A DNA stretch of 64,000 bases, from NCBI RefSeq assembly GCF_964204645.1, contig NC_134026.1, forward strand, positions 4,425,950 through 4,489,949. Direction: 5' to 3'. Of the stretch, positions 1 to 12,350 are shown piece by piece (positions within the stretch are counted from its first letter, which is position 1; every line of letters starts with the position of its first letter). The DNA is from Tubulanus polymorphus (Eukaryota > Animalia > Nemertea). The notes under the pieces were generated by a model. The model did not search any database. It worked only from the letters and a program-made list of their open reading frames with translations, and was not told the origin of the DNA. The translations under genes were made by a program, and so were the position numbers.

Positions 1-764
1 TCGCCTTCAAGATTTTTGTAATTGGGGACGAAAAGAGAACGCACACGAACGCTCTACTTCTCCAGTCACATTTTCAAAGTGATTGTTTCTCCAACGGGGG
101 GCTTTTACATTCTGGGAAGATGCAGACCAACTGACAACCACGTTTCACCAACCTATTCATTTCCCCAATAAAGATATGGGGCATTAAGAATTTTGATTGG
201 ACTCGTGCGGACATTCTGTGACGGCTGTGCGGTGGGAACCGTATCAGCTCTGTCAGATCTGCCTTTTGAAAGCCGGCGAAATCAGCGGTAGAGCCCGATT
301 TATCCGTCATCAACGCTACGGCATTATTGTCCGCGATCCGCGCTATTATCCATCATAACCACGCCGACAGGATACCCGGCGTCGTTATAATCAAACTGTC
401 AAACTGCTAAGCTCAACCGCTGCTAATGATACGACCGCCCAAAACATTTCGACGGCTTTCCTCGCGACATAAACAGTCGAAGGAAATCCGGGTAGGGATT
501 GATCAATATACTGGTACTTGTATGAGATGTAGGCAGAATATTGTTCTATGCGTTGGAGGGCTGAACTTTTTTTCGTTTCCTTGCACTCGCCCACTGCGTG
601 ATTTTAACTGAATTGGTTTCGCTCTGGTCAGGTTTTATAGTTTCAACCAACACAACTCGTCGTGAAGTGTAAATTTCGAACTGAAATCGAATATGACCGC
701 AGTGAATGTTGCAAACAACAGCTCTAACTCTTCCCTCTAACAGCGTTAACGCTTTTATTGTTAA

Positions 765-1065
765 TACCTTAGCTTCAAATCACACGTGGAGATTACGTAA
801 GAACCATCAAAACTACGACGACAAATCAACAAAAAAGCGCGTTCCGAGGCGTCATCCAGCGGGGCGTATATAATGAGCGAGACGGCCGTTTCGGGTAAAT
901 TTCCTGCGAAAGTAAACCGTCGTTTTTTCTGGCCGGAACACTTTGAAGTCAGTGCCACTTTCAAGCGGATGTCTGTAAAAACGACAATTACTTCACTAAA
1001 ATACGTCGTTCTTGGAATAATTCGCGGGATGCCGATGGCTATATCGTAACGATGAATTACGTACC
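765..1065 (-). mobile_element. Decayed non-LTR retrotransposon APE endonuclease fragment
   Basis: ORF 761-1111(-) contains YVIHRYD (cf. Y..xRxDR), SLIIYAP (cf. hhhYAP/YRPP) and YVISTCDLKLR (cf. hIhxGDFNAR) in APE order. Catalytic residues are degenerate. Confidence 0.45.
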
Positions 1066-1871
1066 ACCGAGTATGCAATAAATAGGTACTAATTCTGATG
1101 CATTTTAGCAAATACTGATGCTATAAAATTATTACACAGATTGCCATCGGCAATAATGTGATAACCACCATGTTCTTATTAAGTTTCCCCAGTCAGGCGA
1201 CGTCGTTTGATTTCCATTCGCCGACGGACAAAGCCTTTATTACAAAACAATATACACGTGCACATGCACATAAACGTACATAATCTTGTAATTGGTATAA
1301 TAAAAGATTGCATTGCTATACACGACGAACTAAAAGTGGGCAAAATGTTCTATCGAAATTTGGTGAAGTGAACGCACGACGCGATACCACCTGATGATAG
1401 GTAAGAAGTTAAGAAGCTACTAATAAATGTGCACGGACCATTAGCCCGTATGCAAGGCACGGTCTGGTACTGACAGCGTCAGTCTTTGGTACGTGTCTTT
1501 GTTCATCGTAATGAGCCGGCATACAGCAACCCTAACCCAATTTACTTTGCTTTTTGACTGGTTAAGCAGTATTCACTGCACTCGCCAATCAAATCATGCC
1601 AAACGAACTTGCTTATCACGGAGTCGGCCGCTTTTTCAACCCGACTCTGATTGAGGAAGCGAGATGACTTAACAGATATAGAGGGCAAATAATGATATCA
1701 TATCACGCGCTAAAGTTTTTTTTCATTTTGTATGAACAAAATGAATGATTAAGTTAGTACCTAATAGTATTAAAGGTTGTGCCTGTTCGAAAGCGTGGAA
1801 AGTACGGTATCGATAAATGTGTATGAAGTATTCATTTTGCGAAAACGATTGGTACAAGATATTCCGAAGTA

Positions 1872-1948
1872 CAGTAAAGTCTGTTATAATACCAATGTTA
1901 TGGGACCATTAAAAGACATGGCGTTATAACGCATTTGGCGTTATAAAG
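1872..1948 (+). mobile_element. Truncated Tigger/pogo-like MITE (left end only)
   Basis: TA|CAGTAAAGTCTGTTATAATACC followed by GGGACC and repeated GGCGTTATAA subterminal motifs. Resembles the element at 3358. No right TIR seen. Confidence 0.5.
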
Positions 1949-2464
1949 AATGGTATTTTCATTTGTTCAGGGAAGAATGTTGTCATTAAGTGAGCGGTAG
2001 CATTAAAAAGGATGATATTGTAACAGAAGACTTTCAACGTATATTCTTAAATAGTCCGATGTTTGATTTGCATCGCGTAAATAGAAATACGATACGAAAA
2101 TACGGAACACGTTCGAAGAAGAACTAAAACCTGTTGATGATCGTTGATATGGGAAGGTCGATCGAGTTTCAATCACGAAGACTGCTCGTGTGATTAACAC
2201 CACTCAAGTGTTAAGGTCGTTATTGTACCCATTAAGACATTGCTTAATTCCGTTTAATCTCCATCCAAGGCAACGTTACTAACGACTGGGAATGCGGAGG
2301 AATTACGAGTTACTCTGTGCACGATTCGCCGTACGTGCGACTCATTGACATTCGTTGCACAGCGTGTCCGACCCATAACATCGTTAACAAGATAGACCAG
2401 GGTGTTATCATCAACAAACATTTCATCAGCATGTTCGTTGCGAGCATCTTCTACGGTTTCAATT

Positions 2465-2730
2465 CAACTCCTAGAAAATCACTTCGCCCTACATTACGAC
2501 ATCAAGATCGTAGATAGAAGGAGTTCTATTATTTTTTTTGTGTGTGTGTATTTCATGAATAATTGATTCTGTGTTCCTGCTTCGTTCTTCTTCAGTAGAC
2601 CTACCACTGAAAACTGGATCTGCAGTATATCTCGCCCGAAATCACCGAAAATTATTGTTTCCTGTTCGCCTAGGTTGATATTATTTAGGCTAAAAAATTT
2701 TGAATTGTTTCCCCTGATCGGCATGGTCAT
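2465..2730 (-). mobile_element. Decayed LINE (CR1/L2-like) APE endonuclease fragment
   Basis: Translation ETIIFGDFGRDIL (cf. hIhxGDFNxDhL), then NQLFMKYTH..IIELLLS (cf. QLhxxPT..hDLhh), then after a frameshift NVGRSDF (cf. GxSDH). Three APE motifs in order. Confidence 0.6.
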
Positions 2731-3357
2731 TTTGTAAACTGCAATTAAATTTGTAATCAGTTCATTTCTATAACTGCCGGGTCTGTTATTGTAGGCTTGA
2801 TCATAATTTAAAAAAAAGGAATGTGCAGGGTAGACAGGCGGCCGGCCGGGTCAACTATTTAAGCTCAGCTGATATGAGAAACCAAGTATCAGTTCTTTTA
2901 GCCGTAGATTCTGAAGGTTTTACTTTCTTTCGACAACAGAAGCTTGGCAGGAATTAGGGAGACGTTGCTTGACCTTACCACACACTCGATACATAAACAC
3001 TATTCGACTATAATTATCGCAGCGACCGATAACCGAACTTTGTTAGCGTGATTCTAGGGGCAGCAATCTGCTAGAGCTTATACCAAACGGATCATTTTGC
3101 ATCGAAAACCGCTAAATGTTGACCGTAAGATACCGTACTCAATTAACGATTCGTTAATGACAACGGTCATAAATTCTACATCAATTCTGAGGTTTCAGCG
3201 GTCGCTGGTGATGTGTTGCTAAGTCTTAATTTCAGTTCCTAGTGTCGGTCAGATAAAGCCCTATACATGATATGCGCTTGGAATCGTCAACGACATTACC
3301 ATATCAGTTTGATTATCTCAACGCGGATACGCCCAGCGGAGGAGGCTTATAGGCCTA

Positions 3358-3528
3358 CAGTGGAACCTCGTTATAACCAACTCAGATACAACGATTCATC
3401 GGATATAACAAATATAGAATTTCGAAATTTATGAAATTCAATAGATTCCACACTGGATATAACGAACTGTTGGTTATAACGAACAGATTTTCTGGTCCGG
3501 TGAAGTTTGCTGTAATGAGGTCCCGCTG
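3358..3528. mobile_element. Complete Tigger/pogo-like (Tc1/mariner) MITE, 171 bp
   Basis: Left TIR CAGTGGAACCTCGTTATAAC; right TIR reverse complement CAGCGGGACCTCATTACAGC (15/20, all transitions). TA on both flanks (3356-57, 3529-30). Internal GGATATAAC/GTTATAAC repeats. Confidence 0.85.
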
Positions 3529-6146
3529 TATCTTTATTCAAATACCCGTATAGCCGATAGTTTCTGGCAGTTCAGTGTCGAGGAACAGTACATAACAAAG
3601 GAGATACTGAAATATTATGCAAAAAGTATTCTTACTCTTCAGATTTGTCAACGCTAGCCATTAAGACATTTCACTATGTACAAATATATTCTCAAGAAAA
3701 TTACTCATTACACACGCGACTCGTGTTTTTTCAACCTACGCAATCAGACGACCAACGCCCTTGCCTTTCAGAAAACAACGTAACAGTCGCGGGAATCCAA
3801 GACACATGCAAGATACAAATAAACGACGATGCACAATTATTGGATTCGCAGTTAAATCGCGCATCAGGGTGACTGAGAGGTATACAAAAAGGATCCCGGA
3901 GCGCGATAACGTTGCACGCACAGAAAAGCTAAGATATCAAATTAAACATGGCGTCATTGATATGGCAACAAAAAACATGACCTTTTGTGCACTGATAAAA
4001 AGATCTCTATTTCCAAGGGATGGAATCGATTTTTGAAAGGTAACACGAGTGCTTGCCACTATACGAGTATATGATGTTTGGAGTTCAGGTTGTGTTTGGT
4101 TATTTTGAACGAATGTTGTGTCAAACATTTAAACATTGTTTCCTGGTCAAACAACGGCTATTAAACACCGTGATATATAGCTATAACAAACAAGACGCCA
4201 CTTTCGATGTCGATAAACCACGATATTTCAATCATCTCGTAAATCTCCATAGTTCGTCTCTCGCCAGAAGTTCATCTCAAGAATCAAGCGATTCGATGCT
4301 AAATCGCGAACGAAAATCTTATGCGGAGTCTAATTAAAACGGAACGTGCCCGTTTAATAATGCGCTAGGTTGAGAGTATTCGCTTTCTTCGAAATCGGTT
4401 TATCTCTGTCATAAGCGCGCGAAGAGGCGCGATTTCAATCGACCCACGGGCGACGAAAAGAGGAAAAATGAACCACGCTTCTAGACGCAAGCGAACAAGA
4501 ACACTTACTTTTTATATTTTAATTGGTGGTTATTCATACGGATGATAGGGAGAAAAGTTACACCGTCAGTGTAATCATTTTGCCCCGAAGACCTAGTCAA
4601 CTAATCATGTATCTTATTTCATCGGGATTCAATAAAGGCGAAGCATGCATTAGTCCACCACTTCTCTATTGGTCTTACCTTAAACCCAGTAATGGTTTAT
4701 TGTGTCTATATCCTCATAATGTCATTCTCAACGAACATCTAAGAAAATCGTCTGAAAAAGGCAAAAGAAACTGGATAAATTAGACAAATGCTTCAAAAGA
4801 AACTTTCAAGAGTTTTATCGGAAAAATCTTTGTTTATTAATATTATGAAGATCCTTCATGACAATAACGACTCGAATAAAATGCTCAGTATAATTGGAAT
4901 TCCAATAGGGATTAAAACTTCACTATTCAGTGCATGTTAAAGGTCTAATGCCAGTCTGGCGCAATAAATGTTTCGGGTGATACTTAATTTTAGTCAACTT
5001 TATTCGGTTGAATTCACGAACTTCCATACAAAAATGCAAAAGTAAGTTTACAAGGTCAATGTGGGTCAGCGATATTTCGTAACATGGTGTTTCTGCTAAA
5101 CTCGACATGATATTTCACTGGATACACATATTTCTTACGTCTAAACGTTTACACAATAGATGTGCGTATAATTTCTACACTCGTGGTGCAAAATGTTCAT
5201 TTTCATCAGTTCTAATTTCGATCATTCGGTGCGTTGATACTGTGACCGTCCGTCTTTTCAATGTCTGCGCAGGATTATATGTTTAATACCCGTTTATTCT
5301 TGGGTGGTTTTCCGCGTCTAGTTTTTAATTCGTTTATCCCAGCCATAATCCGTACTCGTGCCCATTCAGGCAAAAATGATTGATCCTGTTCATTTATTCT
5401 TGAGGATGGCAATAGCAGACGAATCGATAGCATAATGGCTGCAAGTTTTCATCTGTAATCGCCCCTTGATAGAGAAATATTTATTTTGTGCGTGATTTTC
5501 ATTGCCAGCTTCGCCAAAACTGTGACTTAAACAAATAATAGCGTCGCTGAACGAAGGCGACTAATGAAAATATCTGCATATTAGGATTAATCGTTATATA
5601 GAGCGACCGTCCAATAAAATGCGACCTTATTTAAACCTCGATGTCTAATGTTCAACGTGGCCCATTAAACGCTAAATGAAATTCACTTCAACAACCACCA
5701 GAAGTGCATAAATTCAATCTTTTATTCAGAAATAATCATACGCACATACATATATATACTCTACACTTAGCATACGTGTCATATCAAATACCGGTTTTTT
5801 CTATTATTTGCATATTGATAAGGTGTTGATTATGTTTGGAAGATAATATAACGAACCTCGACAAAAATAAGTTGTACTCATTATTCGGTCACGTACCGGG
5901 CTCGTAATTTATTGGTCTTGCGGTGAAATTTGATCATTTGCAATGTCTGAATTTAATGAGCCCCGAAGCAATTCGAGAAAAAAAGAAAAGGAATGCGAGA
6001 GTATCGATATAAATGTGGAGAATTAGCGCTCTGCAATAGAAGATGGTGTGATTTGTAATGAATACAATAAAAGCATCCATCAAACTTGTGACAACGATTA
6101 ACCTTATTGTGACGAAACAAAACTATTAAAAGTAAAGCTAAGGCCT

Positions 6147-6353
6147 CAGGGGCGGATCCAGGGGCCAATTTTGAAAGACTCGTCACAGACCAAAAAGAGA
6201 CTTTGATGTCAAAAAAGGTGTAGTCCTGCTCATGATGAAGAACTTGTCAAGCCCAAAAAGGGCACTTTGATGTCCAAAAAGGCAATATTAGGTGCACTCC
6301 TGCACTGAATGCACCAATCATCTTTGTTAACAAAATAAAAAGATCCGCCCCTG
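6147..6353. mobile_element. Non-autonomous DNA transposon (MITE) with CAGGGGCGGATC TIRs, 207 bp
   Basis: Perfect 12-bp TIR CAGGGGCGGATC / GATCCGCCCCTG. Flanks AGGCCT and AGGCCA. Internal direct repeats CCAAAAAG..ACTTTGATGTC.AAAAAGG. A solo right TIR is also at 36462-36473. Confidence 0.8.
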
Positions 6354-6965
6354 AGGCCACTCAACTTTTCAGGTTTAATAATCTTATTCATATGCGCTTT
6401 CGCCAAGCCCAACGAAGTTCGTATGTCATAGATAATTCGATATACGGACCGATGGCCCATTCCTCTCTACGCTCTGATGTGGATTTTATCAACCGGAGGC
6501 TTTTAGCCGATAGAATCATTTACAAAAAGGCTTCGTCATCACGTAAAGCAAACGATAAAATGCGAGACGTTTATGCGGCGAGACCGTTCGTTATTAAGCT
6601 TACTCATTTAATCACCAGGCTATAGGTAATTTGCGTTAATGCAAACAATAGTACAGTCCGCTAAGTGTTAATGCGAATGAATTGCACCTAAAGACAAGAC
6701 CAATTCTGACATGTGGCTCTAAGTGAATCGGATGTGGAGCATGGGAGTTGGTAATTTATAACCCGGCTGTGTGACGTAGTTGGCAGCAATATGTGCGCTG
6801 GTTTTTGTCACCTCGGGGAACATCGTTCAGACTCGCCGGGGACAAATAGACACTGTTGATAGAATATCAATCATAACCGCCACACATTTTATATACTTTT
6901 ACTAAACGAAAATCATGGGCATTAAGAGCATTTTTAAGTTCGTCGACAATCAGTCTGAGTTAAAT

Positions 6966-6998
6966 CATGGACGTATAAACTAGATTTATACGTCCATG
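6966..6998. mobile_element. 33-bp P-element-like micro-MITE
   Basis: Perfect 14-bp TIRs CATGGACGTATAAA / TTTATACGTCCATG around a 5-nt spacer. Exact 7-bp direct repeat GTTAAAT at 6959-6965 and 6999-7005. CAT..ATG ends with a 7-8 bp TSD are typical of the P superfamily. Confidence 0.8.
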
Positions 6999-7184
6999 GT
7001 TAAATGAAATAAACCCATAATATACATCTAAAACTATACTGCTCTTGTTGCTCTTGATTCGGGCGGAATAATTCCACGCATCTTCGGAGTTTATTTGAAA
7101 TTGAATGAATAATATTGTAGAAGCATTCTACCCGAAACGTTAGGGAAAAAAACAAGAGCAGTTTCTTTTAGATCTCTGTGGGTT

Positions 7185-7425
7185 TTTTTTCTACTAATGA
7201 CATTCAAGATTGTGAGCAGTGACAACAATCTACAATCAGTCTGAGGTTTACAGGCTCTCCTGGATTGATGGAAAGAATATAGTACTCGATTGAGAACAAA
7301 ATCAAAGGTATTCAACCTATCGCTCACTAGGCAAGTAAGTACTTCTAAAATATGGAAAGGAAGATACGTACTCAACACACTTGGGATATATAGAGACGCA
7401 ACAAGTACGTGAATACATGATAACT
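7185..7425 (+). mobile_element. Decayed LINE reverse-transcriptase fragment (domains 5-7)
   Basis: Frameshifted FY.NDI.KI (cf. YADDTKI), then NLQSV*GLQALLD*WKE..KSKV (cf. LQxDLxxLxxW..KxxV) and TLGIYRDATST*IH at 7377 (cf. YLGhxhDxxLxWxxH). Confidence 0.55.
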
Positions 7426-8939
7426 TTCCCCTTGGCACAGGCTTCACCTGAAACTACCCCAGCGATCTAACGATAATCGGGTAAGACGCAGGTCAATGCC
7501 TCAGATGTCGGTGAGGATGGAAATCTAACCGAGAAAACATTTATTGGCACTTTTTGTTTATTTTCTGACAGCCGACTAGACAAGTATAACGTCTCCCAGA
7601 CGTAATCAGAATTTCTAAGCATCTATTGCATCATGTCGCCATATCAGACTCATTACATATCAATAATTCAATTGATTTAGAATCTTTATAGGCGCGACGC
7701 GGACGTTGTAAAAAGGCGTATCGATTCATCATCTCGAAGGAAAAAAATATCAGTTCTTTTCGAGGATTTCCTGCAAGTTGAAAATACAAAGACTCTATCA
7801 CATTCATCAAAAAGCTTAGTGAATATTCAAAATAGCAAATCTGTTTGGATCTAGTAGAAATTCAGTGTCAGTGTCTTACCGGTGGGGTATTTGATACTCA
7901 GGCGTTTCCCTTGGGGAAGGATTTTTTACACGTCTCCTATACGGGTGGATTTACCGTACAATGATTCAGAAACGTCACATACACAACGATAACATAACAG
8001 TATAATTAATCTAACTTTTTCTGAAATACACAATAAAAACCGTCGATGTTTTATTGCTTCCTGCAATTGCAAATTTTCCGCGTAGTTCCGAATCTACTCC
8101 AATAAATAACAACTTTTCTAACGCACATAAAATTTAAATCACGCGACTGTTCTTAAAAAAAGAGCGAAGTAAGATTAAAATTATAGATCTAAATAGAGGG
8201 TATTTTCATGTGCGCCCGACGTGGCGACGGATTACGACCGGCAGCGAATAAAAAATATTAAGGCAAAAAACATTAACAGTCATAAAAGAAACGGTAGTTA
8301 ATGAGGAAAACAGTACATATTAGCTGTAAATGGTCACAGATTCTTTACAGGGTTTGATTTATGCCGTAGAGTAATGAGCAAATTTTCAGGCACGAAAAAC
8401 CGGTTCAAACGTTATGGCAGAACAACCAATAACAAACCGTTAATCTAATTCAATAGGTAATATGCGTGTCCCCTGCTGGGAAAAATAACTGTCGAAAACA
8501 CAAGCGACTTATAAATATTCGAGCCTAGATATTTCATCAATTGGATATCGAAGACACATATTGAAACACTTGAAGCGACTTTGAAATGACTTTTGCTACT
8601 GTCGGTAATGACGAGTACAAAGACGACTGTCGTATCGAGAAAAAAACGACATGCCCGAGGATAGTATGAATATCTGCGCCAATCAATCCTCTACGATCAC
8701 TGGTAACACACTGACATGTTCTCATTTAGATCTATAACTTTTGGCGCATAGCTTTAATAGATATCTAATCGCTAGATAATCGAAATGATTTCTACGCATC
8801 AAGATATACGAAACGAACGCTTGACTTACTGATACGCTCCACCTTGGAAGCTAACGTACTGAATTTGAGACATTATCTTATTCAATTTCGTTTTGTTTGG
8901 TTTCTTTGTTTATTTGTACAATCTCTAATATGATTATCA

Positions 8940-9106
8940 ATTTTTTTCTCTTTTTAAGGTGCCATCAATTTTTCAAGCATTTGGCATTCTTGCTGTCGTA
9001 TTGGATTTATTTATAACCCATTAGACTATTATAAATTGTAACTTATTTCTTTAACTAATGTTTTCTATGTGTATATGTAATTTCAATTCATACAGAAATA
9101 AAGAAT

Positions 9107-9138
<32 letters not shown>
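8940..9138 (+). mobile_element. 3' tail of a non-LTR retroelement (CR1/L2-type 3' UTR with microsatellite tail)
   Basis: T-rich, CpG-poor segment ending in AATAAA (9097-9102) followed by (ATCA)8. Same layout as the LINE end at 38.8 kb. 5' boundary approximate. Confidence 0.55.
9107..9138 (+). repeat. (ATCA)8 microsatellite
   Basis: Eight perfect copies read directly. Confidence 0.97.
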
Positions 9139-9140
<2 letters not shown>

Positions 9141-9886
9141 TGAGATAATAAGAAAAATGATAAGAAATTCCCTGAGTCATTTTAATAGGCTGTTTATGTG
9201 TTAATGGAGGTCTATGTTTTCTAAAACGCAGTTCATTGAAAAGAAAGATTGATCATATTTCATGATAGATTCAGTGCGATCGTAACCTAACGTGAAAACA
9301 ACCAAAAAACGTATTTACAACGCAGCACCCTTAATACAGAGTAGTTTGTTTAAAACAGGAATTTTCGCCGATTTGCAGCCGTCATCTATTTGCGCTCGAT
9401 AGGTGTTGAAGAGAATGGCTAAGCATCAACCAACAAAGATTTTCTTACAAGTGGTTAATTTGTTTGCAGTAATCTTCAGAACTAAGGCACTTTTACGACA
9501 CAGCGGCCTCTTTAATTCGGTCAGTCATGCGTTCTTTTGTAGTTTTTACAATTGATAACCTATTCGAAATACTTCGAGTGCCTCCAAGACCGAGATAGAA
9601 GTCAAGTTCAAGAAATTCATATCTTATTATTATAGTACGTATACAACGCATACCGCATATATAGAATTTGCGTGTTAAAAATGAGCGCCCAGGGAATTTT
9701 TGCATATGGTGGGAAATTTCTTTTCGTGGAACACGATGAAAGTGATATTGAACTGTCTGGTTCTAAAAATAGTTGAAATTCAAAAGGAAACCAATTATCC
9801 GTGGGAAAAACAAAAGATGTGCGAATGACCAGTTGCCCATCAGCATTTTTGCGACAGAAAATGAAGTTCTTCTCCCGGCGGGCAAC

Positions 9887-9920
9887 ATAGCACCAGCCGG
9901 TGGCGCCGCCCTCGTGCTAT
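9887..9920. repeat. GC-rich hairpin, possibly from a Crypton-like palindromic element
   Basis: ATAGCACCAG...CTCGTGCTAT (9/10 complementary) with a GC-rich loop. Nearby GTTGCCC/GGGCAAC inverted pair and AGCCAATCA. Family assignment is inference. Confidence 0.4.
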
Positions 9921-10034
9921 TAGCCAACCAGCCAATCAACGCGAAGTAAACACGTCCTTTTCAGTTCCGGAACTCAGGCGTAAAGTTTAACATTTTACCA
10001 CCCTCCATCCCCTACCTGCGCCTACGGCATTTGT

Positions 10035-10092
10035 TAGCCCTCTTACGATTAATCTTTTCTAGCCCATTTTTATAGCCCACTTACGATTAATC
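10035..10092 (+). repeat. 20-bp direct repeat TAGCCC(T/A)CTTACGATTAATC x2
   Basis: Copies at 10035-10054 and 10073-10092 with one mismatch, immediately before the hairpin array. Confidence 0.9.
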
Positions 10093-10114
10093 GAGGACTT
10101 TTTACTCCGAACTA

Positions 10115-10404
10115 GGTCAAACAGCTGGGGCGTTTGACTTCTTAGTAATAGTGGTGTAGTTACTTGTATTCATAAATAGGTCAAACAGCAGGGGCGTTTG
10201 ACCGCGTAGTATTTTTTCCGATAATTGTTTAAATCAGAAACTAGGTCAATCCAGCTGGGGCGGTTGACCTAGTTAGTTTTGTATGACTTTGTATTTCTTT
10301 GTTAGATTGATGATATTGTAATTTTGTACGTGACAGCAAATTAGGTTGTCACGTGTTTTGGTATAATTTTTCAAATAAACGTCAAGCAGCTGGGGCGCTT
10401 GGCC
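10115..10404 (+). repeat. Array of four ~25-bp hairpin repeats GGTCAAAC-AGCTGGGGC-GTTTGACC
   Basis: Copies start at 10115, 10179, 10244 and 10380 (periods 64, 65, 136). The loop is conserved and the stems vary. Confidence 0.9.
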
Positions 10405-11375
10405 TTTTCCATCTAACAATTTGTTCCGACTTATTTTCTGTTGCAAAAATGATATTTTTAGTATCAACATTATCATTATAATCATTACACTGTCATCAAA
10501 CCGGTGGTATTTGAGCTATTAAAATTTTATTTTTCACCGCATGCAAAGCAAGAGCTCATATTTCATAAATGTGTTTACATGGAAATATCTCATTAAACCC
10601 GTTGCCGTACGTGTACACATAATACGATATATAGTTAACACTAAGTAAATGTCCCCATTCACCACAAATCAGTCATAGTCAAGATGAAGATCGCACTTGC
10701 TTGTTTGCCTTATTACTATGAAATAACGCGTAAGCCGATAGCAGAATCAATACATCAAAATCTTGTCAAATAGATTTCGGTTTGAAATCGTGCGTCATCG
10801 AAGATTTTTATGATACTTACATTAACAATTCTTAATCTCAACGAAGATTATACCGAATATCAACGCGTATTTTGCTTATAGAGTAATTGAAACGTGTTCT
10901 ATATGGAATGAATTCTACCAAACGTTCATTTTGGAGACTAAGATTTTCATATTCAGCTCCCATGGGATGCGTCCGAGTGTCAAACTAACCACAACTCAAA
11001 GAAGAGTGAAATCTAGGTCGGTAAAACGAAATATTGGTTGAAAGGAATTAAGTTTGCTAGCAAATTATCAAGAAATTCTCTCGTACGTACTCAGACAGGT
11101 CAAGGCGACATCACATATCGATACTTCTAAGCAGTAAGCAAGACCTTGGGAGTAATTGAGCCGGGTATAAGGCATATGATTTAGTCTGACCTAGGATGCA
11201 AAGTTGTATGTTTGTAGAGATCGTGTCATTAGTTGAACGAAGTTTAAGAACTACGGTACATTAGTTTATTACTAAGATATCGCCCCCATATATACGTGTA
11301 TATGTAAACGAAATGACTCTTGATTAGTATAATTCCAGTTGACAACCTCATTTGGCACAGAACTTCATGATAAAC

Positions 11376-11582
11376 GCGGCCGGCGTGCCATTACTCGTGT
11401 TATTAGTGCGATTATGGATGGACCATATTGATGGATGTGAAATATGTCCAATTAATATTAATTCAAACGGACATCTGTATGAATTTGTGCGACAGCGCGG
11501 GTCGTGCGCCGATAATTCTCAAACGATATTTAGGCGAATTCCGATCAATCACGGAATTCGGGACTCAATCGTCTATTCGATT
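11376..11582 (+). mobile_element. Possible decayed RTE-like RT fragment (domains 3-4)
   Basis: AAGVPLLVLLVRLW (cf. GhPxKhhxhIxxhY) and IPINHGIRDSIVYSI (cf. FxIxxGVRQGxxLSP) in one frame. Confidence 0.4.
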
Positions 11583-11964
11583 ATCATTATTGTTATTATT
11601 GTTATTACCGTCGTGCTTTAAGAAAATATCACATGAAATTGTAACACACTATGTTCGGTATATTACCTTTTATTCGTCGGCTCCGTCCGGAATAGACGTA
11701 CGCACGTAATTTCCTTTTCTCAACGAATAATCCGAAATAAAATACTGAAACGGACTTATCCAAAGCAAATTATTCCACACACTTGAAATTTAAAGAAAAA
11801 CCTCATTCGATAATACAAAATCAACGAGAAGGTTTTCGAATATATTCCGAAAAACAATTATTTTTCAAAATACATTATGTCGAAATCTAGATCTGCCGGC
11901 AGCGTGTGCAATCAATAGCGAGGTGTTCACACCCCTCAGATAGCAGATATTTTAACAAGTCGTG

Positions 11965-12350
11965 TGTATGTAAGACCTATATAAACCAGGCGTTCTAACG
12001 TTAATAAATAGAAATAGCGCTTTTCTTTTTATAATCAAGCAACTTCTAACTGTGCATGGGTCCTTCCCATTAACCAAATCGTTTCAGTAAATGCACCAAG
12101 CCGTAACCATTATTGTAAAACCACATTGGGATCTATGACCGGTACTGTTCTCGGGGCCGCTATGATTTATACGCAGGCATTCTGTGAATTCGGTTTTCTT
12201 GACTGCCTGAAGAAATAATAGCTCTTTTCATTTGCTGAATAAATCTATAGAGTGCCAGTGCTGAAGTAGCGATCAATAGCTTGTCGCACGGTTTATGACT
12301 GAAGTATATCAAGAAATCGGATTCTTTTCAAAACAGGATCTGTATTATTC
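11965..12350 (+). mobile_element. Decayed CR1-like RT core (domains 3-6)
   Basis: One frame from 12057 reads WVLPINQIVSVNA..TTLGSMTGTVLGAAMIYT..FLDCLKK**LFSFAE*IYR (cf. W..QxVxVNG..GVPQGTVLGPLLFLIY..LFADDTKIYR). YINQAF lies upstream and VYD*S..N.ILF downstream. Confidence 0.7.

Noticed and set aside
716-740. Partial resemblance to miR-750 (TCTAACTCTTCC)
   Set aside because: Seed mismatch and no precursor hairpin.
10115-10404. True CRISPR array
   Set aside because: Only four divergent repeats, a partly irregular period, spacers that share end motifs, no cas genes and a eukaryotic context.
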